A stretch of 64,000 nucleotides of DNA from Trueperaceae bacterium. GTDB lineage: Bacteria; Deinococcota; Deinococci; Deinococcales; Trueperaceae. The translations under genes were made by a program, and so were the position numbers. The stretch covers positions 2,144,001 to 2,208,000 of the forward strand of contig CBDCDZ010000004.1 in assembly GCA_965215565.1 (NCBI GenBank), written 5' to 3'. Below are positions 9,404-20,207 of the stretch, piece after piece. Below the pieces are notes generated by a model. The model had not been told where the DNA came from. It did not search any database and saw only the letters and a program-made list of their open reading frames with translations. How positions within the stretch are numbered: position 1 is the first letter of the stretch; each line of letters opens with the position of its first letter.

Positions 9404-9516
9404 TAGAGCGGTTCCACAACATAACGAGAGAAAGTGCCGCAGATATCATCTTATAATGTGCGTGCTATACATCGCGCTAGAGAGTGAGAGTGTTCCAAAC
9501 CAGATGATACCTGCTA
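9404..9516 (+). mobile_element. Family A ~110-bp TA-bounded hairpin element (MITE-like), copy 1
   Basis: GCAGATATCATC(9439-9450)...GATGATACCTGCTA; internal GTGCGTG and GTGAGAG; abuts the lptB stop. Confidence 0.7.
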
Positions 9517-10335
9517 TCAGAGCTGAAAGTCACTCCCCAAGTAGTAGGTGCGTACGTTCTCATCCTCAGCAAAGGCTTCGGGCGTGCCCTCGAACTGCAC
9601 CTTGCCGTCGAACATGAGGTAGACCCTGTCGGCAATCGCGAGCGTTTCGCGGACGCTGTGGTCGGTTAGCAGCACACCTAAGCCGCGCCGCTCGCGCAAG
9701 TCAGCGACTAAGAGCTGAATCTCGCGGATGGACTTAGGGTCTACACCCGTAAAGGGCTCGTCCAAGAGGATAAAAGCCGGGTCAATCGTGAGGCTGCGGG
9801 CGATCTCCAAGCGCCGCCTTTCGCCGCCAGAAAGCGTATCGGCACGGCTATCTGCTAAAGAGGTCAAGCCAAATTCTTCTAAAAGCTCATCTGCTCGCTG
9901 CTCTTGCTTCCATTTTTTAAGGTTCTGATACTCCAAGACCGCCATGAGGTTGTCGCGTACACTTAACTTACGAAAGGCGCTCGGCTCCTGCGCCAAGTAA
10001 CCGAGTCCGCGCCGCGCCCGCTTGTACATGGGCCAAGAGGTAATGTTCTCCTCGCCCAAAAAGATGCGCCCCGCGTTCGGTCTGACAAAGCCCACCATCA
10101 TGTAGAAAGAGGTCGTTTTGCCCGCGCCGTTCGGCCCTAAGAGCGCGACGATTTCGCCCGGCTCCAAGCGAAAGTCCACGCCCTTGACGACGGTGCGCCC
10201 GCCGTACTTCTTCATCAAACCTGTTGCGTAAAGGGAAGGTCCCTTTTTCGCAACCTCGACCTCATCAATTAAATTTTCTTCGGTGACGCCCTCTTCAGGA
10301 GCCTGAACGCTCATAGACATAACCGATGCTATCAC
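9517..10335 (-). CDS. lptB: LPS export ABC transporter ATP-binding protein
   Basis: [57 protein letters not shown]; exact start uncertain. Confidence 0.93.
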   Translation of the reverse strand: MIASVMSMSVQAPEEGVTEENLIDEVEVAKKGPSLYATGLMKKYGGRTVVKGVDFRLEPGEIVALLGPNGAGKTTSFYMMVGFVRPNAGRIFLGEENITSWPMYKRARRGLGYLAQEPSAFRKLSVRDNLMAVLEYQNLKKWKQEQRADELLEEFGLTSLADSRADTLSGGERRRLEIARSLTIDPAFILLDEPFTGVDPKSIREIQLLVADLRERRGLGVLLTDHSVRETLAIADRVYLMFDGKVQFEGTPEAFAEDENVRTYYLGSDFQL

Positions 10336-10376
10336 GCGGAGTTTGAGAAGTCCTTATTAGATTCAACAAGGGTTTT

Positions 10377-10967
10377 TCACACTGCGCTGGGTTCGGGTTG
10401 AGCTTGCCAAAGTTGTGCGTCAGTCGCCCAGGAATCTACGAGGATGAGCATACCGGCACACCAGACGGTTAGAAGAGGTTGAAATCCACCGAAAAACGCA
10501 AAAGGCATGTGAAGAAGTATAGAGGGAAAGAGAAAGGGTAACGTGCCTGCTTGCGCCAGCACCCCCCCGAAGATCAGGCTCTGCCGCACTGCCCGTGTAG
10601 ACCTGAACCCCCTCAAGATGAACCACGCACAAGCAACCGTCAGACCGCCCGTTGCTCCGGCTAAAACAAAAGCTGTGAGAAAACCAACGAACGTGGCGGT
10701 ATCCTCTGACGCCCTCCCTCCGTAAAAGACACTAAGAATGAGTAGTCCGCCTATAAAAGCCGCCAAAAAAGCGAGCACGCTTCCGAAAGAACATAAGAGT
10801 AGGGCAAGGACACGACGCCACCAACTCGCTCGCCCGCCAAGCCCTAGAAGTGCAACCCCGAAGAGCAGGCCTGTGAAGGCGAGTTGCGTAACGCTACCGG
10901 GAAGGAAGAAAAAGACGGGCAGAAGCCCGGTTGCGCCACCTAAAAGCCCGATAAGAAGACGCCGCAT
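10377..10967 (-). CDS. Hypothetical multi-pass membrane protein
   Basis: About six hydrophobic segments; no recognised motif. Confidence 0.6.
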   Translation of the reverse strand: MRRLLIGLLGGATGLLPVFFFLPGSVTQLAFTGLLFGVALLGLGGRASWWRRVLALLLCSFGSVLAFLAAFIGGLLILSVFYGGRASEDTATFVGFLTAFVLAGATGGLTVACAWFILRGFRSTRAVRQSLIFGGVLAQAGTLPFLFPSILLHMPFAFFGGFQPLLTVWCAGMLILVDSWATDAQLWQAQPEPSAV

Positions 10968-11021
10968 ACTTTTAGAGTACGCGGACCTTGGCTAGTTTGC
11001 AGTGACGGATAAGTCGGTAAA

Positions 11022-11053
11022 AGAGGGGCTCGAGCCTAAACTCGAGCCTCTCT
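11022..11053. terminator. CTCGAG-based hairpin, probable terminator downstream of aceF
   Basis: AGAGGGGCTCGAG-CCTAAA-CTCGAGCCTCTCT with an A-run on its left side. Confidence 0.5.
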
Positions 11054-11065
11054 CAACACCATTTC

Positions 11066-11159
11066 GTAGAGGCGGGTTTAAAATCCGCCTCTACACGCTA
11101 CCGCGTTCTCTGCACCTCTTGGCGGTGCTTCGTAGAGGCGATTCATGAATCGCCCCTAC
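11066..11159. repeat. REP doublet (GTAG-type palindromes)
   Basis: GTAGAGGCGGGTTTAAAATCCGCCTCTAC (11066-11094) and GTAGAGGCGATTCATGAATCGCCCCTAC (11132-11159). Confidence 0.8.
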
Positions 11160-11196
11160 GCAACTACCTGTACCTACGGTAAAAATCTACTGCGAA

Positions 11197-12669
11197 TCAT
11201 CCCTCAACCGACATTAAGAAGGGGTCTTCGATGATGTCGCACAAAAGGCGCATAAACCGCGCCGCGTTCGCCCCGTCGATGAGGCGGTGGTCATAGGTCA
11301 CGGACATCGGCATCATCATCTTAGGCTCAAAGGTCTCTTTTTCTTTGTTCCACACGGGCTCGACACTGCCGCGTGACACGCCGATAATCGCCACATCGGG
11401 CGGATTCACGATGGGCGTGAAGTTCGTACCGCCGACGCCGCCCAGGTTCGAGATGCTCAGGTTGCCGCCCTTCATATCGTCGGGTCCAAGCTTGCGGGCC
11501 CTGGCTTTCTCCGCCATCTCGTCTAAGTCTAACGCGAGTTGGATGATGCCCTTTTTGTTCACGTCGCGAATCACAGGGACGAGTAAACCCTGCTCGGTGT
11601 CTACCGCCACGCCGATATTGACGTAGTGTTTGTAGACGACCTCGTTGTTCTCGGTGTCTAAGCTCGCGTTGAACTTGGGGTACTTCTTCACTGCGCCCGC
11701 CACCATCTTGAGGAGGAGCGCGGTCGGCGTGAGTTTGACGCCCGCCTCTTGCGCCCGCTCCTGGTACTTCTTGCGCATGGCGTTGAACTGGGTGATGTCC
11801 GCTTTGTCGAAATGCGTGACCATCGGCACGACCGACCACGCCGTGCTCATCGAGCGCACCGTCGCCTTGCGGATGCCGCTCATGGGCTCGCGGGAGGTCT
11901 CGCCGAACTTGCTGAAGTCGGGCAGGGGCGGCGCGGAAGGCGCTTGCTGCTGCCCTTGTGACGGTTGCTTCTGCGAGGACTTCGCATCCTCTTTTGTCGT
12001 GCCGTCCTCGGCGTAGCGCTTCACATCCTCAGCGGAGATGCGCCCTGCGACGCCCGAGCCCGAAACCTCTTGTAAGCTGACGCCCAGCTCCCGCGCTAAA
12101 CGCCGCACGGAGGGGGCAGCGGGGATAGTCTGCTTGTCCTCTTCGGGGACTTCGTAGGAGTCGGGGGCTTCTTGGGCTCCCTCGGCGCTGTCCGCGTCAG
12201 ATGCCTGCTGAATGTCTTTCTCTTCCTCGTCCACGCTCTCGGAGGTTTCGTCGTCCGAGGTGCTATCATCGGCGCTCTCGTCGCTCGAGGTTTCCTGCGT
12301 AGCCGAACCTTCATCGCCAGAAGCTTCCTGCGTGTCCGAGCTGTCCTCTTCGTCCGCATCATCTTCATCTGCGCCGTCATCAGCGCTCGCCTCGGCTCCA
12401 CCCTCATCTCCGTCAGCGTCCCCGTCTTCGTCGGGCTCGCCGATGGTGAGCACCACATCGCCTATCGCGACCTCGTCGTTTTCCGAGACCTTGATCTCTT
12501 TGACCGTGCCGCTGACCGACGAAGGAACTTCGACGACGGCTTTGTCGGTCTCGAGTTCTAAAACGGGCTGGTCCTCTTCGACCTTATCGCCCACTGACAC
12601 GAGCACGCCGACGACAGTGCCCGATTCGATGCCTTCGCCGACGTCGGGTAGTTTGAATTCAGTAGCCAC
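11197..12669 (-). CDS. aceF: Pyruvate dehydrogenase E2, dihydrolipoamide acetyltransferase
   Basis: Lipoyl ETDKA, E3-binding PAAPSVRRLARELG, catalytic DHRLIDG; long acidic linker. Confidence 0.95.
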   Translation of the reverse strand: MATEFKLPDVGEGIESGTVVGVLVSVGDKVEEDQPVLELETDKAVVEVPSSVSGTVKEIKVSENDEVAIGDVVLTIGEPDEDGDADGDEGGAEASADDGADEDDADEEDSSDTQEASGDEGSATQETSSDESADDSTSDDETSESVDEEEKDIQQASDADSAEGAQEAPDSYEVPEEDKQTIPAAPSVRRLARELGVSLQEVSGSGVAGRISAEDVKRYAEDGTTKEDAKSSQKQPSQGQQQAPSAPPLPDFSKFGETSREPMSGIRKATVRSMSTAWSVVPMVTHFDKADITQFNAMRKKYQERAQEAGVKLTPTALLLKMVAGAVKKYPKFNASLDTENNEVVYKHYVNIGVAVDTEQGLLVPVIRDVNKKGIIQLALDLDEMAEKARARKLGPDDMKGGNLSISNLGGVGGTNFTPIVNPPDVAIIGVSRGSVEPVWNKEKETFEPKMMMPMSVTYDHRLIDGANAARFMRLLCDIIEDPFLMSVEG

Positions 12670-12682
12670 TAGAACCCCTCTC

Positions 12683-12789
12683 GAGCAGGTATCATCTCGT
12701 CATAGCCGTGTGCCAAGATGGAAAGAGCTTAACGCGTACGTTAAAGGATGATACCTGCGCACTTCCACCTCAATGTGACAGTAAACCTA
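12683..12789 (-). mobile_element. Family A element, copy 2 (between aceE and aceF)
   Basis: Reverse complement TAGGTTTACTGTCACATTGAG...GCAGGTATCATC...GATGATACCTGCTC. Confidence 0.65.
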
Positions 12790-12834
12790 ACATGAAGAGG
12801 TAGACATTGTGGCGTCTACCTCATTTAGTTCGCG

Positions 12835-15546
12835 TTACGCGATGTGCGGGTTGCGCTTGTCCGGGTCGATGCCCAGGTCCTCGATAGCTTTAGCGACATC
12901 TTCAGCGTCGTAGTCGCCCTCTTGCGCTAACGCTTGCAAGGTTGCTACGACGATGTGCCGCGCGTCCACCTCGAAGTGGTCGCGAAGCTCTTCGCGCGCC
13001 TCACTGCGCCCGAAGCCGTCCGTACCGAGTGAAACCATCGGCTTGGGCAGGTGCTTGGCAAGCGCGTCGGGTAGGATTTTCATGTAGTCCGAGGCGGCGA
13101 CGAACACGCCCTTGGCGTCCTTGAGTTTGTTGTAAACGTAGGAGGTGCGGGGCTCCTCATCGGGGTGGAGGCGGTTGTAGCGCTCCACTTGCAAGGCGTC
13201 TTCGTGGAGTTCCTTGTAAGAGGTCACGCTCCACACGTCGGCAGCGACTTTATAGTCTTCCGCCAACATCTCCTGCGCCTTTAAGACCTCGTTCATGATT
13301 GCGCCACTGCCGAAGAGTTGCGCTTTGAGCTTCGAACGTTTGCGCTCAGAGGGCTTGAACTTGTACATCCCCTTGAGGATGCCCTCCTCGAGTTCTTCGC
13401 GCTCCAGGTGCTCCGGCGCGGCGGGCATCGCGTAGTTCTCGTTGCCCACGGTAAGGTAGTAGAAGAGGTCCTCTTGCTCCTCGTACATGCGGCGGATGCC
13501 CTCGCGGACGACGGTAGCGAGTTCGTACGCGAACGCCGGGTCGTACGCCTTCACGTTCGGTACGACGTACATCAGCACGTGCGAGTGACCGTCCTGGTGC
13601 TGCAAACCTTCGCCCGCTAAGGTGGTGCGCCCCGCTGTGCCGCCGATCATGAAGCCCTTTGCCTTCATGTCGCCGGCTGCCCAGACGAAGTCGCCGATGC
13701 GCTGGTAGCCGAACATCGAGTAGTAGATGTAGAAGGGAATCGTGTTGATACCGTGCGTGGCGTACGCGGTGCCCGCCGCTAAGAACGACGACATCGAGCC
13801 CGCCTCGGTGATGCCCTCCTCTAAAATTTGCCCGTCCTGCGACTCCTTGTAGTACAGGAGGTTGTCCGCGTCCACGGGCTCGTAGAGTTGCCCGGCGTGC
13901 GCGTAGATACCGATCTGACGGAAGAGCGCGTCCATTCCGAAGGTCCGCGCTTCGTCGGGGATAATCGGCACGATGAACTTGCCAATCTCCTTGTCGCGGA
14001 GGAACTTGCCCAGGACGCGCACCATGACCATCGTGGTAGAAACCGGACGTCCGTCGGTGCCTTTCATGAATTCGTCTAGAATCTTTTTGTCGGGCGTTTG
14101 AATCGGCTCACTCTTTACAGAGCGCGCGGGCAAGCCGCCGCCTAACTTGCCGCGCTGCTCGGTCAGGTATTCGTACAACTCCGAGTCTTTCTCAGGGCGG
14201 TGAAAGGGATACTTAGCGATCTCGTCGTCGTCGATGGGGATGTTGAAGCGGTCACGGAAGGCTTTCATCTCCTCCTCGTTGAGCTTTTTCTGGTTGTGGG
14301 TGATGTTCATACCCTCGCCCGCTTCGCCTAAACCGTAGCCCTTGACAGTCCGCGCCAGGATGACGGTCGGTTTATCTTTGGTCTCCGTCGCCGCTTTGTA
14401 CGCCGCGTAGACCTTGCGAGGGTCGTGTCCGCCCCGGTTGAGCTTGCCCAACTTCTCGTCGTCCCAGTCTTCGATGAGCTTTTTCAGCTCGGGGGTGTTG
14501 AAGAAGTTTTCGCGCAACTCTTCCGCGCCGTAGGCGGCGTAGCGCTGCGACTCGCCGTCTACGAGTTGCTCGAAACGCTTTAGTAGGACGCCCTTGGTAT
14601 CCTTCTCTAAAAGCTCGTCCCACTTGCCGCCCCAGGTGACTTTGATGACGTTCCAACCTGCACCACGGAAACTCGCCTCGAGCTCCTGAATCACCTTGCT
14701 GTTGCCACGCACGGGTCCGTCTAAGCGCTGCAAGTTGCAGTTGATGACCCAGATGAGGTTGTCGAGCTGCTCTCGAGACGCCAAGCCGATCGCGCCCAAG
14801 GTTTCAGGCTCGTCGGTCTCACCGTCGCCCAAGAACGCCCACACCTTCGCGTCGTTCTCCTCTTTGAGCCCTCTATCCACCAGGTAGTTGTTAAAGCGCG
14901 CCTGATAGATGGACATGATCGGCGCGAGCCCCATCGAGACGGTCGGGAACTGCCAGAAGTTCGGCATGAGCCAGGGGTGCGGATACGATGATAAACCTGG
15001 CTCGTCCTGGAGTTCGCGGCGGAAGTTGCGGAGCCGCTCCACGTCGTAGCGGTACTCTAAGTACGCCCGCGCGTAGATACCGGGGCTCGCGTGACCCTGA
15101 ATGTAGACCATGTCCGCGTCCGAGCCTGCGTCGGGCCCGCGGAAGAAGTGGTTGAAGCCGACCTCGTAGAGCGTCGCCGCTGATGCGTACGTCGAGATGT
15201 GCCCGCCGATGCCGTCCGACATCTTGTTCGCCCGCACAACCATCGCCATCGCGTTCCAGCGCAAGAGGTTGCGAATCAGGCGCTCTTTCTCCAAGTCACC
15301 GGGGTACTCGGGCTGCTCCTCCGCCGGGATGGTGTTGATGTAGGGCGTGTTCGCCGTAAAGGGGATGTCCACGCCGAAGCGGTGCGCGTGGGTCTCCAAG
15401 CGCTCCAAAATCTCCTGGACGCGCTCCTTGCCCGCGCTCTCCAGCACGTAATCTAGGGACTCGAGCCACTCGCGCATCTCCACGTCGTTGAGCTTCTCGT
15501 GCTCTTCCGGGTCTAGCTTTTCACTTCTTTTAGTTACGTCAGCCAC
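12835..15546 (-). CDS. aceE: Pyruvate dehydrogenase E1, homodimeric type
   Basis: [45 protein letters not shown]. Confidence 0.97.
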   Translation of the reverse strand: MADVTKRSEKLDPEEHEKLNDVEMREWLESLDYVLESAGKERVQEILERLETHAHRFGVDIPFTANTPYINTIPAEEQPEYPGDLEKERLIRNLLRWNAMAMVVRANKMSDGIGGHISTYASAATLYEVGFNHFFRGPDAGSDADMVYIQGHASPGIYARAYLEYRYDVERLRNFRRELQDEPGLSSYPHPWLMPNFWQFPTVSMGLAPIMSIYQARFNNYLVDRGLKEENDAKVWAFLGDGETDEPETLGAIGLASREQLDNLIWVINCNLQRLDGPVRGNSKVIQELEASFRGAGWNVIKVTWGGKWDELLEKDTKGVLLKRFEQLVDGESQRYAAYGAEELRENFFNTPELKKLIEDWDDEKLGKLNRGGHDPRKVYAAYKAATETKDKPTVILARTVKGYGLGEAGEGMNITHNQKKLNEEEMKAFRDRFNIPIDDDEIAKYPFHRPEKDSELYEYLTEQRGKLGGGLPARSVKSEPIQTPDKKILDEFMKGTDGRPVSTTMVMVRVLGKFLRDKEIGKFIVPIIPDEARTFGMDALFRQIGIYAHAGQLYEPVDADNLLYYKESQDGQILEEGITEAGSMSSFLAAGTAYATHGINTIPFYIYYSMFGYQRIGDFVWAAGDMKAKGFMIGGTAGRTTLAGEGLQHQDGHSHVLMYVVPNVKAYDPAFAYELATVVREGIRRMYEEQEDLFYYLTVGNENYAMPAAPEHLEREELEEGILKGMYKFKPSERKRSKLKAQLFGSGAIMNEVLKAQEMLAEDYKVAADVWSVTSYKELHEDALQVERYNRLHPDEEPRTSYVYNKLKDAKGVFVAASDYMKILPDALAKHLPKPMVSLGTDGFGRSEAREELRDHFEVDARHIVVATLQALAQEGDYDAEDVAKAIEDLGIDPDKRNPHIA

Positions 15547-15764
15547 TTGCGTCTCCTCTCCTGCTCGTTTCGGTTTTTCGTCTTGACTTCGCTTACTCAG
15601 TTCATCTGTAAGGTTGGTTCAGCTCAATTCAATCTCACAGCCAGTTGTGTCTACTCTACGCCCCACTATGACACAAAACCTTTGTCCTAAGCTGCAATCA
15701 CGCGGTTGGCGAGTCTCTAAAGAACTCAATAAGATAAGGGGAGAATGAGGAGATAAACTAGCGT

Positions 15765-16196
15765 GTGTCTCTAATTTTTACCTTACACCTCGCCACGACG
15801 CTCTTCATGACGGGCGTCATCTGGTTCGTGCAAATCGTCCACTACCCTCTCTTTAGTGGCGTGGGCGAAGCGAACTTTGCCGCCTATGAGGGGCGGCATA
15901 CGTGGCTGACGGGTTTAGTCGTCGCACCGCCGATGCTCTTGGAGCTTGCAACAGGCGCGGCACTTCTTTGGCGTCGTCCCGAAGAGGTCTCCCTACAAGA
16001 GGTCATCGTCGGACTCGCCCTACTAGGCGTCATCTGGTTTTCTACGTACCTCTTACAGATTCCGCGCCACACGGTTTTAGGTGAAGGCTTCGACGTAACG
16101 GCGCACCGTGAACTCGTTTTAACGAATTGGCTGCGCACCATAGCTTGGAGCCTCCGCGCAGGACTCGTGCTCTGGTGGGTAAACCGGCTTTTGTAG
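15765..16196 (+). CDS. Conserved hypothetical membrane protein
   Basis: MTGVIWFVQIVHYPLF, four TM segments; leaderless TAAACT upstream. Confidence 0.75.
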   Translation: MSLIFTLHLATTLFMTGVIWFVQIVHYPLFSGVGEANFAAYEGRHTWLTGLVVAPPMLLELATGAALLWRRPEEVSLQEVIVGLALLGVIWFSTYLLQIPRHTVLGEGFDVTAHRELVLTNWLRTIAWSLRAGLVLWWVNRLL

Positions 16197-16323
16197 AACA
16201 GCTCACGTGAAACACGTGAAAACGAAAGGTGTCCCGTTTTGTGTACATGTGAACATGCATCTCTTTCGCTCACAGTCTTCGCCTAATCCCCTACACAAAA
16301 CGTGGTACACCGCCAAAAACAAA

Positions 16324-16341
16324 AGGAGGGTTTCCCCTCCT
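16324..16341 (-). terminator. Intrinsic terminator
   Basis: AGGAGGG-TTTC-CCCTCCT with an A-run on its left side. Confidence 0.6.
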
Positions 16342-16365
16342 CAGCGGACTCTTGCGAAGCTGGAG

Positions 16366-16614
16366 TTACGTTCGGCTCGTTACAGCCTTGACGATGAACA
16401 GCAGCACCACCGCGCCGACGATCGCCACTAGAATGCTGTAAATATTAAAACCTGTGACGCCAGACGCGCCGAAAGCGTTGAAGATAAATCCGCCGACAAA
16501 CGCGCCGACAATGCCCACGACTATGTCGAGCAAGATGCCCTGATTCGACTTGACGATGAGACTGGCAACCCAACCTGCGATTGCGCCTAAGATGATCCAC
16601 AGCAGAATATTCAT
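16366..16614 (-). CDS. GlsB/YeaQ/YmgE family stress-response membrane protein
   Basis: WIILGAIAGWVASLI...IVVGIVGAFVGG. Confidence 0.92.
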   Translation of the reverse strand: MNILLWIILGAIAGWVASLIVKSNQGILLDIVVGIVGAFVGGFIFNAFGASGVTGFNIYSILVAIVGAVVLLFIVKAVTSRT

Positions 16615-16808
16615 GTTTCTCCTTTATGAGGTCGAGAGGTGTTCGGAGTTTAAGACGCTATGTTCGCGTTATGTTCAAGACGTTGTGCGCTTCGAGCCTG
16701 CCCCCTTTGATCGTTGGATTAATAGATGTTTTAATATTACCTTCAACATCCTATTGATACTGTAATGTGAGAAAAACAACATTAGCTTAGCGTACAGACA
16801 TGCTTTCA

Positions 16809-17033
16809 TTAACTCAGTTTGCGCACGAACCAGGCGAGTCCATTAATAACAAAGGTTAGCACGACGCTCACGACGAGCATAGAGGTTAGCGGAACGAAGA
16901 GAGAAAAGCCTTCACGTTGAACGCGGATGTCGCCGGGTAGTTGTCCAAACCAACTGAGCGCTCTAGGAAAGAGCAGCCAGAGAGCGCCTGCTACGACGAA
17001 GACCAGACCGATGAGGATGAGAACTCGAGCCAC
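16809..17033 (-). CDS. DUF2905 family protein
   Basis: FGQLPGDIRV...FVPLTSML. Confidence 0.88.
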   Translation of the reverse strand: MARVLILIGLVFVVAGALWLLFPRALSWFGQLPGDIRVQREGFSLFVPLTSMLVVSVVLTFVINGLAWFVRKLS

Positions 17034-17036
17034 CTC

Positions 17037-18122
17037 TTAACCCCCTTCCGAGCGGATAACCTCGCCACGCTCTAACGCCTCTTGTGCCATGAACGCGGGG
17101 AGGAGTCCTTCTAACCCCATTCTCGCGTCACAGTAGACCTCTTCCTCGCCGCGCACCACTCTAATGAACGCCTCGTGCTGCGCCACACTGCCGTGATGGA
17201 CAGGTTCCTCCACACCTTCAGGGTGCGTCACCTCAAAGGTTTGGACCTTATCCGCTGTTTGCACCTCCAACACCTTACGGTCTTCGTGCGCGGTGAGCAA
17301 GCCCCCGTCGCCGAAAACGCCCACCTCCAAGCGGTGACGAAAGGGCGCAGTGAAGGAGATGCTCAGGGTGGCTTGTGCGCCGCCACTGAACTCGAGCCCT
17401 ACAACCGCGTTGTCAGGAACGTCCGTCCTCTCCACACGCCACCGCTTGCCGATAATGTCGGTCACAGTCGTCCCGTCTCGAATAAGCGCTTGCGTGCCAA
17501 ACGCCGACGCCGCCACCACGCGCTGACCCAAAAACCAGTTGAACAGGTCGAAGTGGTGGCAGTTTTTTTCGGCGAACACGCCGCCTGTTCTCGAGGAGAG
17601 GTAGCGCCACGCAGCGGGTAAAGGGCGGCGGAACTCATGACAGTACGCCAGGCGCGGCGTGTCAACGGCTCCCTCATCAATCATCTGTTTCATCCGCTGG
17701 AAGAGGTGTGAGTAGCGAAAGACGTAGCCGACTTGCAGGGCTAAACCCGTTTCTTCTTGCACGCCCACGAGGTCTTCGGCTTCTTTCCGCGTCGTCGCCA
17801 TCGGCTTCTCCAAAAAGACGTGTTTGCCCGCGCGGAGTGCCGCCGCTGCCAACTTTGCGTGGCTGTCGTTTGGGGTAGCGATGAGTATAACGTCCAGGTC
17901 TCTCCTAGCCAACACCTCATTCACTTCGCTGTGAAAGTCCACCGGATGACCTAAAACCTCCTCAGCCAGTTGCTTTTGGGAGGGCAAAAGGTCAGTTATG
18001 GCAACAACTTCCGCGTCGGGGAGTGAACGGAGCACGGGCAGATGTTCACGCAGCGCGATGTCACCGCAACCGATGACGCCGTAGCAGATAGGCTGTGAAG
18101 AGGACATGTGCGAAGGAGACAT
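17037..18122 (-). CDS. Gfo/Idh/MocA family oxidoreductase
   Basis: GVIGCG, GKHVFLEKPM, EKNCHHFD. Confidence 0.9.
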   Translation of the reverse strand: MSPSHMSSSQPICYGVIGCGDIALREHLPVLRSLPDAEVVAITDLLPSQKQLAEEVLGHPVDFHSEVNEVLARRDLDVILIATPNDSHAKLAAAALRAGKHVFLEKPMATTRKEAEDLVGVQEETGLALQVGYVFRYSHLFQRMKQMIDEGAVDTPRLAYCHEFRRPLPAAWRYLSSRTGGVFAEKNCHHFDLFNWFLGQRVVAASAFGTQALIRDGTTVTDIIGKRWRVERTDVPDNAVVGLEFSGGAQATLSISFTAPFRHRLEVGVFGDGGLLTAHEDRKVLEVQTADKVQTFEVTHPEGVEEPVHHGSVAQHEAFIRVVRGEEEVYCDARMGLEGLLPAFMAQEALERGEVIRSEGG

Positions 18123-18452
18123 AAGGTAGTGTAACGGCTTCTCTTTGCTCAGGTTTTAATGTGAAGAGGTGGCGGGAGGCAGAAGAACTTATCTATCGAA
18201 CTCGGCACGAAACCTACTGACTTCTGGATTCTAGCTACTGACTACTCCGCCTTCCGATGTGAACTTCGTTAAACCCGCCATGTTTTACACCGCTTACCTT
18301 TTAATCTCAGAGTTTTGTATCGTACATTGAGTTGAGGAGACGCCGAAGCGTCAGACTAGAGAGACATTTGCCACTAGCGGGCGTTCGCGCCGCACTGTGT
18401 AATGTCACTAGACGTAATGTCATTAGAATCAATTGAGGAGACGAACTCACCC

Positions 18453-19121
18453 ATGAACTCATCTACGCAGAAACTCACCGCATACACCGCCATCGGGCTC
18501 ATCGTCCTGATCATCGCCGCCATTGTTTACGTTCAGTTCGGCAGCGGACAGAGCAGCGAGGTGAGCGCCAACGGCAATCTCGACCTCTCGAATCAGCCGA
18601 GCTTAGGTCAAGAGGGCGCGCCCGTCCAGATCGCGCTTTTTGAAGACTTTAAGTGCCCCGCGTGCGGCAGCTTCACGCAGAGCGTCTTTCCGCAGATCGA
18701 GCGTCAGCTTGTCGACAGCGGTCAGGCGGAAGTTTTCTTCGTCAACTTTCCCTTCTTAGGTCCAGACTCCACCACCGCTGCCATTGCCACCGAATGCGTT
18801 TACGAGCAGGACGAAGCCGCGTTCTGGGACTACAAAAAGTTCATCTTCCGTTCGCAGGGTCCAGAGAGCCAAGAGTGGGCGACACCTGAGCTGCTCACGA
18901 GTTTAGCCAGGCAGAATTTGCCGAGCGTTGACGCGGACGAACTTCGCACCTGCATCGACGAGCGGCGTTACGCGGACCGCGTCGAGGCGGAGTCGCGCAT
19001 GGGCTCAGCAGCGGGCGTGAATAGCACGCCGTCTGTCTACGTCAACGGTGAAAAGGTCGAGAGACCCGACTTCAATTCGGTCAGTGCGGCGGTGCAGAGC
19101 GCGCTGGGGCAGACCAACTAG
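18453..19121 (+). CDS. DsbA/BdbD-like thiol-disulfide oxidoreductase
   Basis: N-terminal TM, FEDFKCPAC, GVNSTPS; start at MNSSTQ after GAGGAG. Confidence 0.88.
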   Translation: MNSSTQKLTAYTAIGLIVLIIAAIVYVQFGSGQSSEVSANGNLDLSNQPSLGQEGAPVQIALFEDFKCPACGSFTQSVFPQIERQLVDSGQAEVFFVNFPFLGPDSTTAAIATECVYEQDEAAFWDYKKFIFRSQGPESQEWATPELLTSLARQNLPSVDADELRTCIDERRYADRVEAESRMGSAAGVNSTPSVYVNGEKVERPDFNSVSAAVQSALGQTN

Positions 19122-19125
19122 CGAG

Positions 19126-19611
19126 ATGACGCTGACGCGCTTTCTCAGGGACTTCGGGCTCTACGCTGCTTGGCTGATCGCCATCGTCGCGATGGTAGGC
19201 AGCTTGTATTTCAGCGAGGTACGCGCGTTTGTGCCCTGCAACTTCTGCTGGTACCAGCGCATTTTGATGTACCCGCTCGTCATCCTTTTAGGCATCGCGA
19301 GCTACCGCCAAGACAGAAATGTCGTCCCTTACGCGCTGCCTTTTACAATACTGGGTAGCGGCGTGGCGATGTTTCACTACATGGAGCAGAAGATTCCGGG
19401 CTTCGGCGCGCCTGAGCTGTGCCGCGTCGGGGTGCCTTGCAACGTCGCTTATATCAACTGGTTGGGCTTCATCACGATTCCCTTTTTAGCGCTGACCGCG
19501 TTCGTCCTCATTACGACGATTCTAGCAGGTGTACTTTTCGCTTCACGCGGGCCGCAAAAGGGGTACACTCAAGCTCGAGACGCCTTAGACACTCAGAGCG
19601 TCGCTCAATGA
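19126..19611 (+). CDS. bdbC: Disulfide bond formation protein B (BdbC-type)
   Basis: GSLYFSE, PCNFCWYQRILMYP, second Cys pair, FITIPFLAL. Confidence 0.88.
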   Translation: MTLTRFLRDFGLYAAWLIAIVAMVGSLYFSEVRAFVPCNFCWYQRILMYPLVILLGIASYRQDRNVVPYALPFTILGSGVAMFHYMEQKIPGFGAPELCRVGVPCNVAYINWLGFITIPFLALTAFVLITTILAGVLFASRGPQKGYTQARDALDTQSVAQ

Positions 19612-19701
19612 GCGTATCCGCTAAGATTTTCGTTAGAACCGTGAGCCCCGCCACAGCACCCAGTCCTAAGAGCACCTTTCAATAGAGGAAGAGGAGGCGC
19701 T

Positions 19702-19938
19702 ATGCCACACATCATCTGCGAGCCCTGCATCGGCGTGAAAGACCAGTCCTGCGTGGACGTCTGCCCCGTCGAGTGCATCTACGAAGCCGACGACCAGTTC
19801 TACATCCACCCCGAGGAGTGCATCGACTGCGGCGCGTGCGTGCCCGCCTGCCCGGTCTCAGCCATTTACCCGGAAGAGGACGTGCCCGAAGAGTGGGAGT
19901 CGTTCACGGCGCTGAATTACGAGTTATCGGGTTTGTAA
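19702..19938 (+). CDS. Dicluster ferredoxin (7Fe/8Fe type)
   Basis: CEPCIGVKDQSCVDVCPVECI and CIDCGACVPACPV. Confidence 0.95.
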   Translation: MPHIICEPCIGVKDQSCVDVCPVECIYEADDQFYIHPEECIDCGACVPACPVSAIYPEEDVPEEWESFTALNYELSGL

Positions 19939-19964
19939 TTACCTGACTTAATTTGCATTGCTTC

Positions 19965-20171
19965 GTAGGAGCGGGTTTGAAACCCGCCTTTACACTGTGC
20001 CATATTCGAACTGAGATAATATAGCAAGTATCATTTGGTTTGAGACGCTCTCACGATGTAGAACACCGTGTAGCACGCACATTTGAGAATGATACTTGCG
20101 CTATTCCAATCAGTACTTATGTTAATTGCTATACAGCGCTGATGTAGGGGTGATTCATGAATCACCCCTGC
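19965..20171. repeat. REP doublet interrupted by a family A element
   Basis: GTAGGAGCGGGTTTGAAACCCGCCTTTAC (19965-19993) and GTAGGGGTGATTCATGAATCACCCCTGC (20144-20171). Confidence 0.75.
20022..20131 (-). mobile_element. Family A element, copy 3
   Basis: Reverse complement TAGCAATT...GCAAGTATCATT...GTGCGTG...GTGAGAG...AATGATACTTGCTA. Confidence 0.7.
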
Positions 20172-20207
20172 GCCTTTTTGTGTCTCCGTGGGCTGTAGAC
20201 TGAACTC

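Noticed and set aside
9404..9516. Family A elements as integron attC sites
   Set aside because: They lack RYYYAAC/GTTRRRY ends, flank housekeeping genes in both orientations, and there is no integrase.
12172..12751. Ser-rich plus-strand ORFs (also 28578-29156) and other long shadow ORFs
   Set aside because: They are antisense mirrors of acidic linkers or GC-rich genes already explained on the other strand.
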